Origin: Alphaproteobacteria bacterium
GTDB taxonomy: Bacteria > Pseudomonadota > Alphaproteobacteria > UBA9219
Reading direction: 5' to 3'
Length of the DNA stretch: 64,000 nucleotides
Assembly: GCA_013286365.1 (NCBI GenBank)
Contig: JABDFY010000005.1
Coordinates: 6,364 to 70,363 of the forward strand
How positions within the stretch are numbered: the stretch's first letter is position 1; every line of letters starts with the position of its first letter. The position numbers were made by a program, and so were the translations under genes. Below are positions 29,102-38,817 of the stretch, in pieces. The notes beneath the pieces were generated by a model. The model saw only the letters and a list, made by a program, of their open reading frames with translations, did no database searches and was not told the origin of the DNA.

Positions 29102-29302
29102 TTGGAGGCTCACATGAAATGTTTTCCTCGCGGCTTCGGCGGCAAAAGAACAGACCAGGAAACCGTCAGGCGGGAAGGGTGGTTCAAATCAGAAATACTG
29201 GTTATCAGCGCCACTGACCCACGCCTGACCTGGCCGGAGCGCGAACTCATTCAACAACTCGGCACCCGTCTTTTCGGCAAGAAGAAAAGGGTGTCGCCAT
29301 GA
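29102..29302 (+). CDS. small hypothetical protein (phage/IME-like block)
   Basis: 66 aa; stop overlaps next start (ATGA), suggesting coupling. Confidence 0.3.
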   Translation: MEAHMKCFPRGFGGKRTDQETVRREGWFKSEILVISATDPRLTWPERELIQQLGTRLFGKKKRVSP

Positions 29303-29679
29303 TTACCAAATGGACAGAAAGCATGGTCGAAACGCATCTGGAAGAAGCGGCATCAACGTTACGCCGTCTTCCGCCTGTCAAAGTGACAGGATATTTCAGC
29401 GTATGGCCACAAATCATACATGACATTTATGATAAGCAGGATTGGGAAAAACAGGTTGTTCGCCGTGGGCCGCCCAGCGCCCAGGAAATTAGTCGGATGG
29501 AAGAAACACTGACGTGGTTTCGTTTTCTTACACCCGAAGAAAATCGCCTGATATGGTTACGTGCAAATGGCGTGGGCTGGAAAGCCGTTTGCTGGCGCAT
29601 AGGATGTTGCCGAAGGACAGCTTTTAGTCATTGGGTCTATGCGTTGGCAAAAGTTGCATTTGGACTCAACAACAAATAG
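29299..29679 (+). CDS. hypothetical protein (phage/IME-like block)
   Basis: 126 aa, Trp-rich; translationally coupled to the preceding small ORF. Confidence 0.35.
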   Translation: MITKWTESMVETHLEEAASTLRRLPPVKVTGYFSVWPQIIHDIYDKQDWEKQVVRRGPPSAQEISRMEETLTWFRFLTPEENRLIWLRANGVGWKAVCWRIGCCRRTAFSHWVYALAKVAFGLNNK

Positions 29680-29844
29680 GTACAATTTTACATACCCAAG
29701 CAAGCGTTTGAAAGAATTTGGAAATCACTTACCCACTTTTCCATTACCCAACTTGCCCAAAATATGGCATAATAAGTCATATAATCGCGGAACGTGCGTT
29801 TGATGATTAGAGCACAGAGCGCAAGTTTCCGATGACGAAAAGAA

Positions 29845-29886
29845 AAGACCGCCAAGAATAATTTCTGGCGGTCTTTTCTTTTTTCC
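29845..29886. terminator. rho-independent terminator-like hairpin (possibly bidirectional)
   Basis: AGACCGCCA-agaataatttc-TGGCGGTCT 9-bp stem followed by TTTTCTTTTTT; an A-run precedes it on the other strand. Confidence 0.4.
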
Positions 29887-29911
29887 AGACAAAACCCAAT
29901 GGAGATAAAGC

Positions 29912-30418
29912 ATGAGAAACCACCGTAAGGTGGCAGCCTTTATGGCTGCCGCCATTCTTTCCGCATGTCCGGCTTTTGCGGATACACCTGCGCCAATCCA
30001 AATGCTGCCGCCAACACCTCTTGGTTCGGCAAGCGTTTGTGCTGGCGGTAATCAACTTCTCTCCTACAGCGGCATAAGCATTACCGGCGGTCAAAGTGGC
30101 ATTAATTGCCCGCCAATCGCTACTGATGCTCAAGGCGATCTTGCTGCTAGCGGTTATCTGCAGATTGGTGATACGGCGGTTGCCTGCGTGGGATCGCTTA
30201 CCGGCTCAATCAGATTCAATTTTGCAACTAACCAATTTGAGGGCTGCAAATCTGGCTCCTGGCAAACACTTGGAGTCAGTCCTGTTGGCAAACTTTATTG
30301 GAGTGGCGCTTGGACAGGAAATACTTACTGGTGCGATAGCGGTTATCACGTTGTCGCCTTTCATTACGACTGCGGGTGCTCGAACAGCGCCAGCTGGTTC
30401 GAATGTCAGGCGGATTGA
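29912..30418 (+). CDS. secreted hypothetical protein
   Basis: Signal peptide MRNHRKVAAFMAAAILSACPAFA; Gly/Ser-rich, several Cys. Confidence 0.4.
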   Translation: MRNHRKVAAFMAAAILSACPAFADTPAPIQMLPPTPLGSASVCAGGNQLLSYSGISITGGQSGINCPPIATDAQGDLAASGYLQIGDTAVACVGSLTGSIRFNFATNQFEGCKSGSWQTLGVSPVGKLYWSGAWTGNTYWCDSGYHVVAFHYDCGCSNSASWFECQAD

Positions 30419-30429
30419 GGGGGCCCCAC

Positions 30430-30783
30430 ATGATAAATTATATGGGAAGCCTGTCACGCCCTGAAATAGTGAAACCTTTCACACCTAGGTGGGTAGCAAA
30501 AATTAGCGAGTTTGACGCAATTGAAGTGCGGCCTTGCGCCATCGTTGGACGTAATAGCCGAGGAAGAAAATTCGTTGAACCAAGCCAACCGGAAGACGCC
30601 TCATTTTGGACGGTGTACGGCCATTATCGCCCAGGGGGAGCCATAAGTGGTGTCGAAGCAATTCAGGACTTCGGAACTGAAAAAGAAGCACAACAATTCC
30701 ACGACCGGCTTATGGGGAACTATCCGAACCTCATCCGCAGATATAAGCAAGTCAAACATCAACAATATAGAAGGGAGATTTGA
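30430..30783 (+). CDS. hypothetical protein
   Basis: ATG 30430 preceded by GAGGGGG; 117 aa; stop overlaps next start. Confidence 0.35.
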   Translation: MINYMGSLSRPEIVKPFTPRWVAKISEFDAIEVRPCAIVGRNSRGRKFVEPSQPEDASFWTVYGHYRPGGAISGVEAIQDFGTEKEAQQFHDRLMGNYPNLIRRYKQVKHQQYRREI

Positions 30784-31064
30784 ACATGAGAAAAATCATC
30801 ATCACTGCAGCGCTAATTATTACTTCTACGATGGCACAGGCACAGACAGCACCTTCCAACACACAAACGCTTTCATGTCCTTCGGGATACGCTTTAAGCA
30901 TCGATGCACCTGCACCGCCATCGGACGATCCCGCCACAAAGCCTGATGATACATACAAACCCATGACAGCACTAGAGAAGCAGCAAGCCCAAGAAAATGC
31001 ACTCTCAGGCGAAATGTCGCATTGGCATTGCGTGCCCATGTCCACCAGTGTGCCAGCGCAGTAG
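30780..31064 (+). CDS. small secreted hypothetical protein
   Basis: Signal peptide MNMRKIIITAALIITSTMAQA; 94 aa. Confidence 0.4.
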   Translation: MNMRKIIITAALIITSTMAQAQTAPSNTQTLSCPSGYALSIDAPAPPSDDPATKPDDTYKPMTALEKQQAQENALSGEMSHWHCVPMSTSVPAQ

Positions 31065-31076
31065 GGGGGACTGGCT

Positions 31077-31520
31077 ATGTTTTTTCCAACCTCAATATAT
31101 CCGAAAGCACACAACCCCATAAGCGTGGATTGGGTTGGCTATGATGGCGGCGGCATACGTGCCTATGCCTACACCTCGGACATGGGCGAACCATTTATCG
31201 CCATTGCCGGGTTCAATCAGGATAATCGGCATACGGCTCTCACCATCGTTGAACAAGCCAGTCATTACCGAGGCAAAGCTATATTGGGGGATGGCTCATT
31301 TGCTTACCGAGTTCCGTACTTTGTCATTGTCTCATCCCATGAACTTCTTTTGTATGTAGAACCGCCCAAAATATTGGGCATGACAGATGTCGTCGTTTCT
31401 ACGCCTTGGGGAAGAGACAATCACCAACCCAGGAACTTTGACTTTCTGGTACAGCCCGATTTTCCTCTTTCGCCCAATTACGAAAATATCACACGGCGCA
31501 TAAGGGAGTTAGCGCCATGA
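31077..31520 (+). CDS. hypothetical protein, paralog A
   Basis: 147 aa; shares VDWVGYDGGGIRAYAYTSDMGEPFIAIAGF pattern with product of 31816-32220 (VEWPIEGGGIGVTAYTDEAGLPYIGFYPL). Confidence 0.4.
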   Translation: MFFPTSIYPKAHNPISVDWVGYDGGGIRAYAYTSDMGEPFIAIAGFNQDNRHTALTIVEQASHYRGKAILGDGSFAYRVPYFVIVSSHELLLYVEPPKILGMTDVVVSTPWGRDNHQPRNFDFLVQPDFPLSPNYENITRRIRELAP

Positions 31521-31524
31521 AAAC

Positions 31525-31788
31525 ATGCCAGTGCGTTTTTACGGCTATTGGCCAGCGCCAATGACCAAGACAGCCCGTATCATTTCACTTCAGTCAACAG
31601 GCTCAAATGTTGAGGTGGAGCCACCGGCCTACACATGTCCCTCCTGCGGAGCCAAGCATGAGAAATATGTGCTGTTGAGCGAACAAGACGCATGGGTGAG
31701 CCATGCCGCCGCTTGGCTTGATGGCAAGCCCGTTGACGTAAAACAAATACATCCTTGCCGCCACAGGACTGCGGATAAAGCCGAATAA
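31525..31788 (+). CDS. small zinc-ribbon-like hypothetical protein
   Basis: 87 aa with CPSCGAKHEKY ... HPCRH, a possible 4-Cys/His ribbon. Confidence 0.35.
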   Translation: MPVRFYGYWPAPMTKTARIISLQSTGSNVEVEPPAYTCPSCGAKHEKYVLLSEQDAWVSHAAAWLDGKPVDVKQIHPCRHRTADKAE

Positions 31789-31815
31789 GAATTAAATCAC
31801 AAAGCATTTTATGAG

Positions 31816-32220
31816 GTGAACATGCCAAAGATCATGTCGCCGCTTCCGTTACATGCCCAAGATATTTTTGTCGAATGGCCGATTGAAGGTGGCGGGATTG
31901 GCGTAACGGCTTACACCGATGAAGCTGGATTACCCTATATCGGGTTTTATCCGCTGAATTGGGAAGGCAAATCAGTTGGTAAATCGTTTGATTTCCAACG
32001 CAGTCGTCTTATGTCACCGGTTGTTGCGGGATTTATTGGACGCAAACCGATTGTCGTTTCCATTGACGCCGAAATAACGGCGCACGGCTTGAGCGCATGG
32101 TTTTGCGTGCCTGTGTACATGGCACCGAAGAACTATCCCCATCATTTGTCAGCTCCCTGGGGCAGCGAAGCGCCGCGTTACCGGATGATCTTTAATCCGG
32201 CGAATATCGAACAGAGGTAA
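31816..32220 (+). CDS. hypothetical protein, paralog B
   Basis: 134 aa paralog of 31077-31520 product. Confidence 0.4.
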   Translation: MNMPKIMSPLPLHAQDIFVEWPIEGGGIGVTAYTDEAGLPYIGFYPLNWEGKSVGKSFDFQRSRLMSPVVAGFIGRKPIVVSIDAEITAHGLSAWFCVPVYMAPKNYPHHLSAPWGSEAPRYRMIFNPANIEQR

Positions 32221-32223
32221 GCC

Positions 32224-32439
32224 ATGAAGCAGCTTCTTTCTCCTCATTCGCTTGATCTTCAAACCGTTGCTGAATTGCATGAAGAGTTGGTCAAGATCAA
32301 CGCGAAATTCGATGAACTACTTCGTAGTGGCCGCGAAAACACACTGGCCATGGATGAGAACCACCGCCAATTCGAACGATGGTGTAGCCGATTTGAAACT
32401 GTCTTCCGGCAACCAGAGGAAAGCACCAGCGATACCTGA
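32224..32439 (+). CDS. small hypothetical helical protein
   Basis: 71 aa, charged/helical. Confidence 0.3.
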   Translation: MKQLLSPHSLDLQTVAELHEELVKINAKFDELLRSGRENTLAMDENHRQFERWCSRFETVFRQPEESTSDT

Positions 32440-32499
32440 TTATTAGACAAACAATATTTCATGCAGACCATTCACAGCATTTTTGAAAGGAGAATAGGC

Positions 32500-33510
32500 A
32501 TGTCCGATACGATCATTTCATTGGAATCTGCACTCGATCAATTTCGGGACGCTATCGCCGCTAAGGGCATTACGCCGCCTATCGCCATTGAACCCGACGG
32601 CAAACTCCACCGCTTTTCCAGCAACGGCAAGCCAGACGATGACGCAGGATGGTATGTCTTTCATGAGGGCAATATCCCTGCCGGTTCTTTTGGTGATTTC
32701 CGTACCGGGCAGACGGTTTCATCATGGATGGCCGATATAGGCCGCCCCTTGTTGCCACTTGAGAAGAAAGATTTTAGAAAAAAACAGGAAGAAATGCGGG
32801 TCAAGCGGGAAGCTGACATAGCCATACGCCGCGCAGAAGCAAAACAAAAAGCATCGAACATCTTGCGCCTCTCTGAAGCTGCGCATGACGATCATCCTTA
32901 TCTCTTACGCAAAGAGGTCAGAGCCCACGGCTTGCGTAACTGGAAAGGGCTACTGATTATCCCTATGATTGATGAATCCTGTGAGGTTCAGTCGCTTCAG
33001 TTTATTGCAGGCGACGCCGGCAAGAGGTTTTTGTCGGGCGGCAAGATGCAGGGTTGCTATTTTCCGCTAGGCGACCTCAATGAAGCAGAAATTATTCTAA
33101 TTGCCGAAGGTTATGCAACCGCTGCAACCCTCTATGAAGTAACCGGCCAACCAACCATTGTCGCTTACAATGCCGGAAACCTTTTGCCAGTTGCCAGGTC
33201 AATCCGCGCTCAGCATCCGGCAGCGTCGATCATCATTTGTGCTGACGATGATAATAAGACCAAAGGCAATCCCGGCTTAACCAAGGCCCATGAAGCGGCA
33301 CGCGCTATCAATGGAACACTCATCGCTCCTGATTTTGGTGACAACCGGCCTGATGGTTTAACGGATTTCAACGATATGGCGGTTCATTTAGGCAAAGAAG
33401 CTGTTGCCTGTCATTTCATCAATCGCCCGGTCGAAAGAAAAATTGACACAACTTATTCCACAGCAACTACACCGCAAACCAAACGTCTAACAGTCAGGCT
33501 GGATGCGTAG
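32500..33510 (+). CDS. Toprim-domain DNA primase (phage/plasmid type)
   Basis: N-terminal DGKLHRFSSNGKPDDDAGWYVFHEGNIPAGSFGDFRTGQ (primase recognition region typical of phage/plasmid primases); Toprim motifs IILIAEGYATAATL and IIICADDDNKTKGNPG; RBS AGGAGAATAGG before ATG 32500. Confidence 0.65.
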   Translation: MSDTIISLESALDQFRDAIAAKGITPPIAIEPDGKLHRFSSNGKPDDDAGWYVFHEGNIPAGSFGDFRTGQTVSSWMADIGRPLLPLEKKDFRKKQEEMRVKREADIAIRRAEAKQKASNILRLSEAAHDDHPYLLRKEVRAHGLRNWKGLLIIPMIDESCEVQSLQFIAGDAGKRFLSGGKMQGCYFPLGDLNEAEIILIAEGYATAATLYEVTGQPTIVAYNAGNLLPVARSIRAQHPAASIIICADDDNKTKGNPGLTKAHEAARAINGTLIAPDFGDNRPDGLTDFNDMAVHLGKEAVACHFINRPVERKIDTTYSTATTPQTKRLTVRLDA

Positions 33511-33683
33511 AGCTTTGATTTGTGTTGGAGAACCGAAGCCATGAAAGTGTACAGCGGTTATGTCTGGTCAAAGAAATTAGATCGGTGGCGGAAATTGCCG
33601 TACCGCGTCTGGCAAAAAATACAACGGCAACGATTACTAAAGATCGCCAAACAAAAACTGGATAAGAACCCGAGGAATTCCAC

Positions 33684-34295
33684 ATGATACTTCTTAAGAA
33701 AAAGGAGGTTTTTCAGGAATTGGCGACAACCCTGTTCCTAATGAAGGAATTAATGACCCATCCAGGTGCTCCATCCTTCATGCCGCGCCTTATTGAACAG
33801 GCTAATGCTGCCTTAGCATCCGCGCAGCCTTATTCGGTTCTGCTGGGAAACAAGCAGATAAGGGAGTTTTTTGAGGTAAAACCTTTAAAGCTTAACATTG
33901 ACTGCGGCACCGACATCATCAAGGGCGACACTATACGCTTTGTTGAAACGATTATTGATAACCGGCGAAAACCACCCAGAATTTTGGGCAAACGCGCCGT
34001 TACCGCTTACGTCGTGGACGTTAAGCCGCCGGACGAGAACCCGATATTACTGTTACGGGTAATTGTCTGTGGAGGGGTTTGGGATTTGGAACCGGGTAAG
34101 GATATAAGCCGTACCATGAGAAGCATCATCCAGTTTGAAATCAAACGCACACCCTGGGAAGACGAAGCCAAACGCACCGCCCTGAAAAATGATGCCAAAG
34201 CGCTTACTAAAACCGATGACAAGAACCAACCTGAAGCAATCCCAGGCACCCCATCCACAATGCTCGGTCGCTACGATATTTTGCGGAGCAGTTAA
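33684..34295 (+). CDS. hypothetical protein
   Basis: 203 aa ORF following primase; no recognisable domain. Confidence 0.3.
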   Translation: MILLKKKEVFQELATTLFLMKELMTHPGAPSFMPRLIEQANAALASAQPYSVLLGNKQIREFFEVKPLKLNIDCGTDIIKGDTIRFVETIIDNRRKPPRILGKRAVTAYVVDVKPPDENPILLLRVIVCGGVWDLEPGKDISRTMRSIIQFEIKRTPWEDEAKRTALKNDAKALTKTDDKNQPEAIPGTPSTMLGRYDILRSS

Positions 34296-34314
34296 TCCGC
34301 TTTTTGTAGATAAA

Positions 34315-35096
34315 TCACATTTTTGCAGGCAGGCACTCCGCGGAAAGATCGCCATAGACGAATTTTACTAACCTCTGCACTTGGTCAATTTCAACGCTGT
34401 CGCCTTTAATACGAATACCTGTTTTCTGCCTTAATATGTTCAGCGCACGGGAGAAAGTAGCGCTTTTCATGCCAAGAAGGTCGGCAACTAGACCTTTATC
34501 ATAGGGCAAAGGAAAAACAGCAGACCCCGTTTTGTCTTCGGGGGGGGGGCGCAAAGACTTAAGAGAAAGCACCCGATCCGTTGAGGGGCGCTCTGCATGG
34601 CATTTAGAGCCATCGCTCCATAGTGACGCCTATGATGCCGGGACATGGACGTGAGCATATTGAATGCAAATTTCGGGCTAAGGCTTATTCGTTCCTTTAA
34701 CACCTTCAAAGGAATGCTGAGCAGCTGCACAGCACTCACGACTTGAGCGCTGCTGGTATAGCAGTCATGATCAAAAATAGCGCTCTCACCAACAATATGG
34801 CCGCTCGTCAGCATATCAACAATGACTTCTTCGCCTTCCGGCATTGTATGAAATAACTTTATCCATCCGCTGCAAATCACGTAAAAGTTTTCTGCCGGTT
34901 CTCCCTGAAGATATAAAATCTTACCTTTTTTATAAGAACGGGGCTGCGCAGCATTATGAAAGCAGGTTATCTCTTCGTCAGAAAGACTGGCAAATAGCAG
35001 CGCACTTTTAAGCGAACCTAGAGAATACTCCGGCTGCATGGCAACCTGCTTTCCAGCGTCATTTGTCTTTGCGCTCATTTGCAGGAAGCATACCAC
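34315..35096 (-). pseudogene. Crp/Fnr-family transcriptional regulator split by a frameshift in a G10/C10 homopolymer (candidate phase-variable or sequencing artefact)
   Basis: 34488-35096 encodes the cNMP-binding domain (GKILYLQGEPAENFYVICSGWIKLF...GESAIF); 34315-34572 in another frame encodes the HTH_Crp domain (PYDKGLVADLLGMKSATFSRALNILRQ). Frames meet at poly-G 34540-34549; 11 or 8 residues would restore one ORF of about 245 aa. Confidence 0.6.
34540..34549. repeat. homopolymeric G10 (C10 on coding strand) tract inside Crp/Fnr gene
   Basis: Read directly: cttc-gggggggggg-cgc. Confidence 0.9.
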
Positions 35097-35907
35097 GTCT
35101 AGTACGAGAAGCCTTATAATATACAGCGAAAATTCAAACTATTTGATGTGTGTCAATTCAAGGGCTTGGGATTGGAATAGCTATGATTTTGCCGGAGAAT
35201 CTCTGCCGACTCAGCCAATGGGCTATCCTATGAAAACCAACTGTAAACCTGACCACACCGAGAAGCCTTTCCATAATTCCGTTATCAGTTTCCAAGGATA
35301 CGTATCGCGACGGGTAGGTAATATGCGTTCAGTAATCCTTGATGATCAGGATATAAGCCTGGATAAAATCTTCGGTGTGCCCAAAGCGGCCAAAGATTCG
35401 GCTGATAAAGCCATCGGCGAAACTGGTCTAAACGTGCGTTCGGAATCTGACAAATATCTATAAGGTCAAACTTATAAATACCAAGACCGAGAATTGCACA
35501 TGCTATCCGGATCGACCTCTAACAGCCTGTGAAGTTATCACAAGAGAGAATTAATACCCCCTAGTCTTGGCTGACTAGCAATCGAAAATGGCGTCGATAG
35601 CTACGCCCCAAAACCCATCCAGAGAAATAAATTAATAGGAGGTATGCATGCCCAGCGCCAAAGCTGCGTCCAGAAAATGTTCATGCCGGAAGAAAACTTC
35701 ATGGCTCAAATCTTGGCTCGATGCGTTCGGTATTTATCGAGTATTAGAAAAAATCCATATATCATGGAAAATCCGTAAAGGTCGAGTTAAGAAAAACCGC
35801 CGCCAAAACGGCAGCAAGGCATGCGCATGTCGGACATGCGCACCTTGCAAGGGACTTCGTCCCGTTGACCCAACGCCTTCGGCGCAAGCACACCTTAAGG
35901 TACAATC

Positions 35908-36264
35908 ATGACCAACAACCATCTCACGCGCATATCGTTCCGCGTCAAACCGGACGAACGCAAAAGCATTATTGCCGATGCGAAGCAGGCAGGCATGACG
36001 ACGGGTTCATACGCCCGTTACCGTCTGCTCGAAGTGCCGCAGACAAGGGCCATCTATCGGCGCAGCGAGCTTAAGCGGCTGTTCAAGCATCTCATCGGGC
36101 AGATAGGACGCGTGAGTAACAACATGAACCAGATCGCCTGGAAAATGAACTGCAATATGGTGCTAGCTCCGCTTGACCTTGAACTTCACAGGGAAGGCAT
36201 TACGGCGCTCAAGGAGATGCGCGCGGTTCTTGTGGGCCATCTATTGCAAAATGGCCCATGCTGA
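35908..36264 (+). CDS. mobC: mobilisation accessory protein MobC family
   Basis: 118 aa; LIGQIGRVSNNMNQIAWKMN matches the MobC motif (L...G.IGNNLNQIAR..N); RHH-like N-terminus; immediately upstream of and overlapping relaxase gene. Confidence 0.65.
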   Translation: MTNNHLTRISFRVKPDERKSIIADAKQAGMTTGSYARYRLLEVPQTRAIYRRSELKRLFKHLIGQIGRVSNNMNQIAWKMNCNMVLAPLDLELHREGITALKEMRAVLVGHLLQNGPC

Positions 36265-37400
36265 TCTTTGGTGCTTCCTGCAGCGACTGGAAGGAAAAGG
36301 CCGACTACGCAGAAGATAAAGCCGATAATGAATATGCCAAGCTCCACGAGGTGCAGTGCGAAGGCATTGAGGACGTACAGATGGCCATGGCAGCCATGGC
36401 GGCATTTGCGGTGGGCACACAGTGCGAGAGGTTTCTGTATCATGCCACCATCAACCTCAATCCAGGTGAACGGCTTACGCCTGACCAATGGCGGAAGGCT
36501 ATCGAAACCCTTGAGAAGAATCTGAAGCTGACCGGCCATTACAGAGTCTTTTTCGAGCATATTAAGAAGAACAGGCAGCATTACCATATTTACTGGTCAC
36601 GGATACCACCAGATGGTGGCCCCGCTGTACACATGGGCAACAATTATTATGTCCACCAACGAACAGCCAAAGCTCTTGAACTTGCATTTGGCCTAAAACT
36701 AGCACCACGCGGCGACAAGACAAAACCATCCAAAAAGAAACAGGAGATCAATAACCGTAACAGCCGCCTAAGAGTAAACCCTGAAATCGTCACTAAAGAA
36801 GTGACGAAGCTGTTCAAGGACAGCAAGACAGCCAAAGAGTTCATAGCCAGTCTTAAAATGACTGGCTACATCCTGACACGCGGTAAGAATGGCAGTTATG
36901 TCATCGTCGATAGGCAGGGTGGTTATCACGGCCTTTTGCGCCGCATTAAGGGCGCGAAGCTGGATGATCTAAGGCAAAAATTTCCCGACCTTGAAAAGAC
37001 AGCTTTGCCTTACTTGAGTGATGTCCTTAAAAGCCGGAGTCCCGTGTCAATTCACAATTTCAAACGTGCGGCAGGATCGTTCAAAAGGCCAAGACGAATA
37101 TATAATATGTCGCGCCTGCCGAAAATCAGGCCTCTATTTTACCGGCCACGGCATCTTACGGCTCTTATTCTTCAAGCTATAAGCCGCCATCCGAAGCCAC
37201 AGCGCAAATCCTTTCCTGCTATGTTTGTACGACGGAGAGGAAAGAGAAAACGGAACAAAAACAGCTCGGATTGGAAAACACCATTCCGTCGCCCTGAATG
37301 GGATACAGCGGAGTTGCTTGCCTGGGCATGGGAGAATGGCCGTGCTGATGTGTTAGCGGATTTTGGCATCCATATGCCGCTAGAAACTTTTGAACCTTAG
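36258..37400 (+). CDS. mobA: MOBQ-type relaxase (MobA/RepB' family nuclease domain)
   Basis: N-terminal EKADYAEDKADNEYAK resembles RSF1010 MobA AKADYIQREGKYAR around the catalytic Tyr; 3-His motif QHYHIYWSRI (HxHxxxSRI); basic C-terminal tail. Confidence 0.65.
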   Translation: MLIFGASCSDWKEKADYAEDKADNEYAKLHEVQCEGIEDVQMAMAAMAAFAVGTQCERFLYHATINLNPGERLTPDQWRKAIETLEKNLKLTGHYRVFFEHIKKNRQHYHIYWSRIPPDGGPAVHMGNNYYVHQRTAKALELAFGLKLAPRGDKTKPSKKKQEINNRNSRLRVNPEIVTKEVTKLFKDSKTAKEFIASLKMTGYILTRGKNGSYVIVDRQGGYHGLLRRIKGAKLDDLRQKFPDLEKTALPYLSDVLKSRSPVSIHNFKRAAGSFKRPRRIYNMSRLPKIRPLFYRPRHLTALILQAISRHPKPQRKSFPAMFVRRRGKRKRNKNSSDWKTPFRRPEWDTAELLAWAWENGRADVLADFGIHMPLETFEP

Positions 37401-37495
37401 TTAAACGCATAGCTGAAAATTACTTCAAACCCTGCAGGACGAAAGTTCTGTGGGGATTTTTTGCGTCAACTAAACCCAACCCATGAGGTCAGACC

Positions 37496-38326
37496 ATGAG
37501 TTCATATTATGAACGGATAAAGGAAGCGGCCCAATCCAGCTGGGAAAACGCCACGGCTCTTCTCTGGTGGTTATTTGCCAGATCACCAAAACCCGTAAGT
37601 GCTGTTGGCGCTATAAATGAAGCGGCACTGCCACGCGTAACAAAATCGACATCTTTCTTGCGCTGGCTCTTGACCAAATCACCGAGACTGTTGCGACGCG
37701 GTGTCCAGGGGGTTGTGATTTATGCCCTATCTTATGTAGCGAAAGATACTTTGGACATAGCGCATGAAGAATATCCTGATAATGGGTTTGTGGCTAAGGC
37801 TGACACGGTAGCTAATGCCGCCGTGAAAGCTGAAAATTTTCTGCTTACTGGCGCGACTTCGATAGCGAAAGATATTTACGACTCGATACCAGCACAAGCA
37901 GCGCCATCAAAAGCATCAATACCAACGGCAGCTCTACCATCGGAGCTAACTAAGGCTATCGATGAAAGCTACAAGACGGCAACAGAAAACCCAAATGCCG
38001 CAATAACCATTCCACAGGTGAGCGCGGAACAATTGTTGCCGCCACCTGGAATGCCGATATCACTAACACCGCCTATTATCAATCAACCTATCCGTGAAGC
38101 GGCGTTCATGCCAATTAAGTCAGGACAGCGAAACCGTTCCAATCTCAATGCTGCACTTATGCCACCTATCTCGCCAGAACCAGTCATTCCTGCACTTGCA
38201 CCTGACGGTCTTCCCATCGATGGCGGCTATGATCCTGTAACAGAGATTACTTGGGGGCCGTATGGCAGGCCCATAGAAAAACGCATAATCAGCAATAGAG
38301 CGGCTTTACCATTGGCGGATCGTTAA
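37496..38326 (+). CDS. hypothetical protein with Pro-rich C-terminal half
   Basis: 276 aa ORF downstream of relaxase; no recognisable domain. Confidence 0.3.
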   Translation: MSSYYERIKEAAQSSWENATALLWWLFARSPKPVSAVGAINEAALPRVTKSTSFLRWLLTKSPRLLRRGVQGVVIYALSYVAKDTLDIAHEEYPDNGFVAKADTVANAAVKAENFLLTGATSIAKDIYDSIPAQAAPSKASIPTAALPSELTKAIDESYKTATENPNAAITIPQVSAEQLLPPPGMPISLTPPIINQPIREAAFMPIKSGQRNRSNLNAALMPPISPEPVIPALAPDGLPIDGGYDPVTEITWGPYGRPIEKRIISNRAALPLADR

Positions 38327-38350
38327 AAGCTAAAAGTTTAGATATACACC

Positions 38351-38773
38351 TTACGCTTTTAGTGGACGCTGCCCCAAATTCGAGAAAAACCGAAGCAGAT
38401 AACCATCCAGGTCTGCAATCACAAATTGGCGATTTCCTTTTTCAATTTGGCCCTGGCGATACCAGCGCTCTTCGAGAGGAATAATAAATTTTGTACCGGC
38501 TTTCAATAGCCGTTCATGCAACTCGTTGATATTTTTTACCTCAATCTGAAAATTCACGCCACGGCCATAAGGATGTTCGAGAGGTGCTGTTCTAAAACGT
38601 CGTCCTGGCCCTGCGGCTTCTTCTAACATCAGCTGTACTCCGTCAAGATCGAGATAAGCAAAACGTTCCTCGGGGCGTTCAAATAGAATACTGAAGCCCA
38701 GCACTTCAATATAGAAGGCTAGGGATTTAGTGATGTTTTCAACATCCAATTCCGGTGTAAGTTTAAAAGTCAC
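38351..38773 (-). CDS. VOC-family protein (glyoxalase / bleomycin-resistance fold)
   Basis: 140 aa; LAFYIEVLGFSILFE...AYLDLDGVQLMLEE pattern of bleomycin-resistance/glyoxalase fold. Confidence 0.55.
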   Translation of the reverse strand: MTFKLTPELDVENITKSLAFYIEVLGFSILFERPEERFAYLDLDGVQLMLEEAAGPGRRFRTAPLEHPYGRGVNFQIEVKNINELHERLLKAGTKFIIPLEERWYRQGQIEKGNRQFVIADLDGYLLRFFSNLGQRPLKA

Positions 38774-38817
38774 ATGAACTCCTATAACAATTCGTATCGG
38801 TAGCTTGGAAGTGTCAG

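Noticed and set aside
35038-35463. Plus-strand 141-aa ORF overlapping the start of the Crp/Fnr gene
   Set aside because: No motifs, overlaps a supported gene on the opposite strand and lacks an obvious RBS; possibly spurious (left uncalled).
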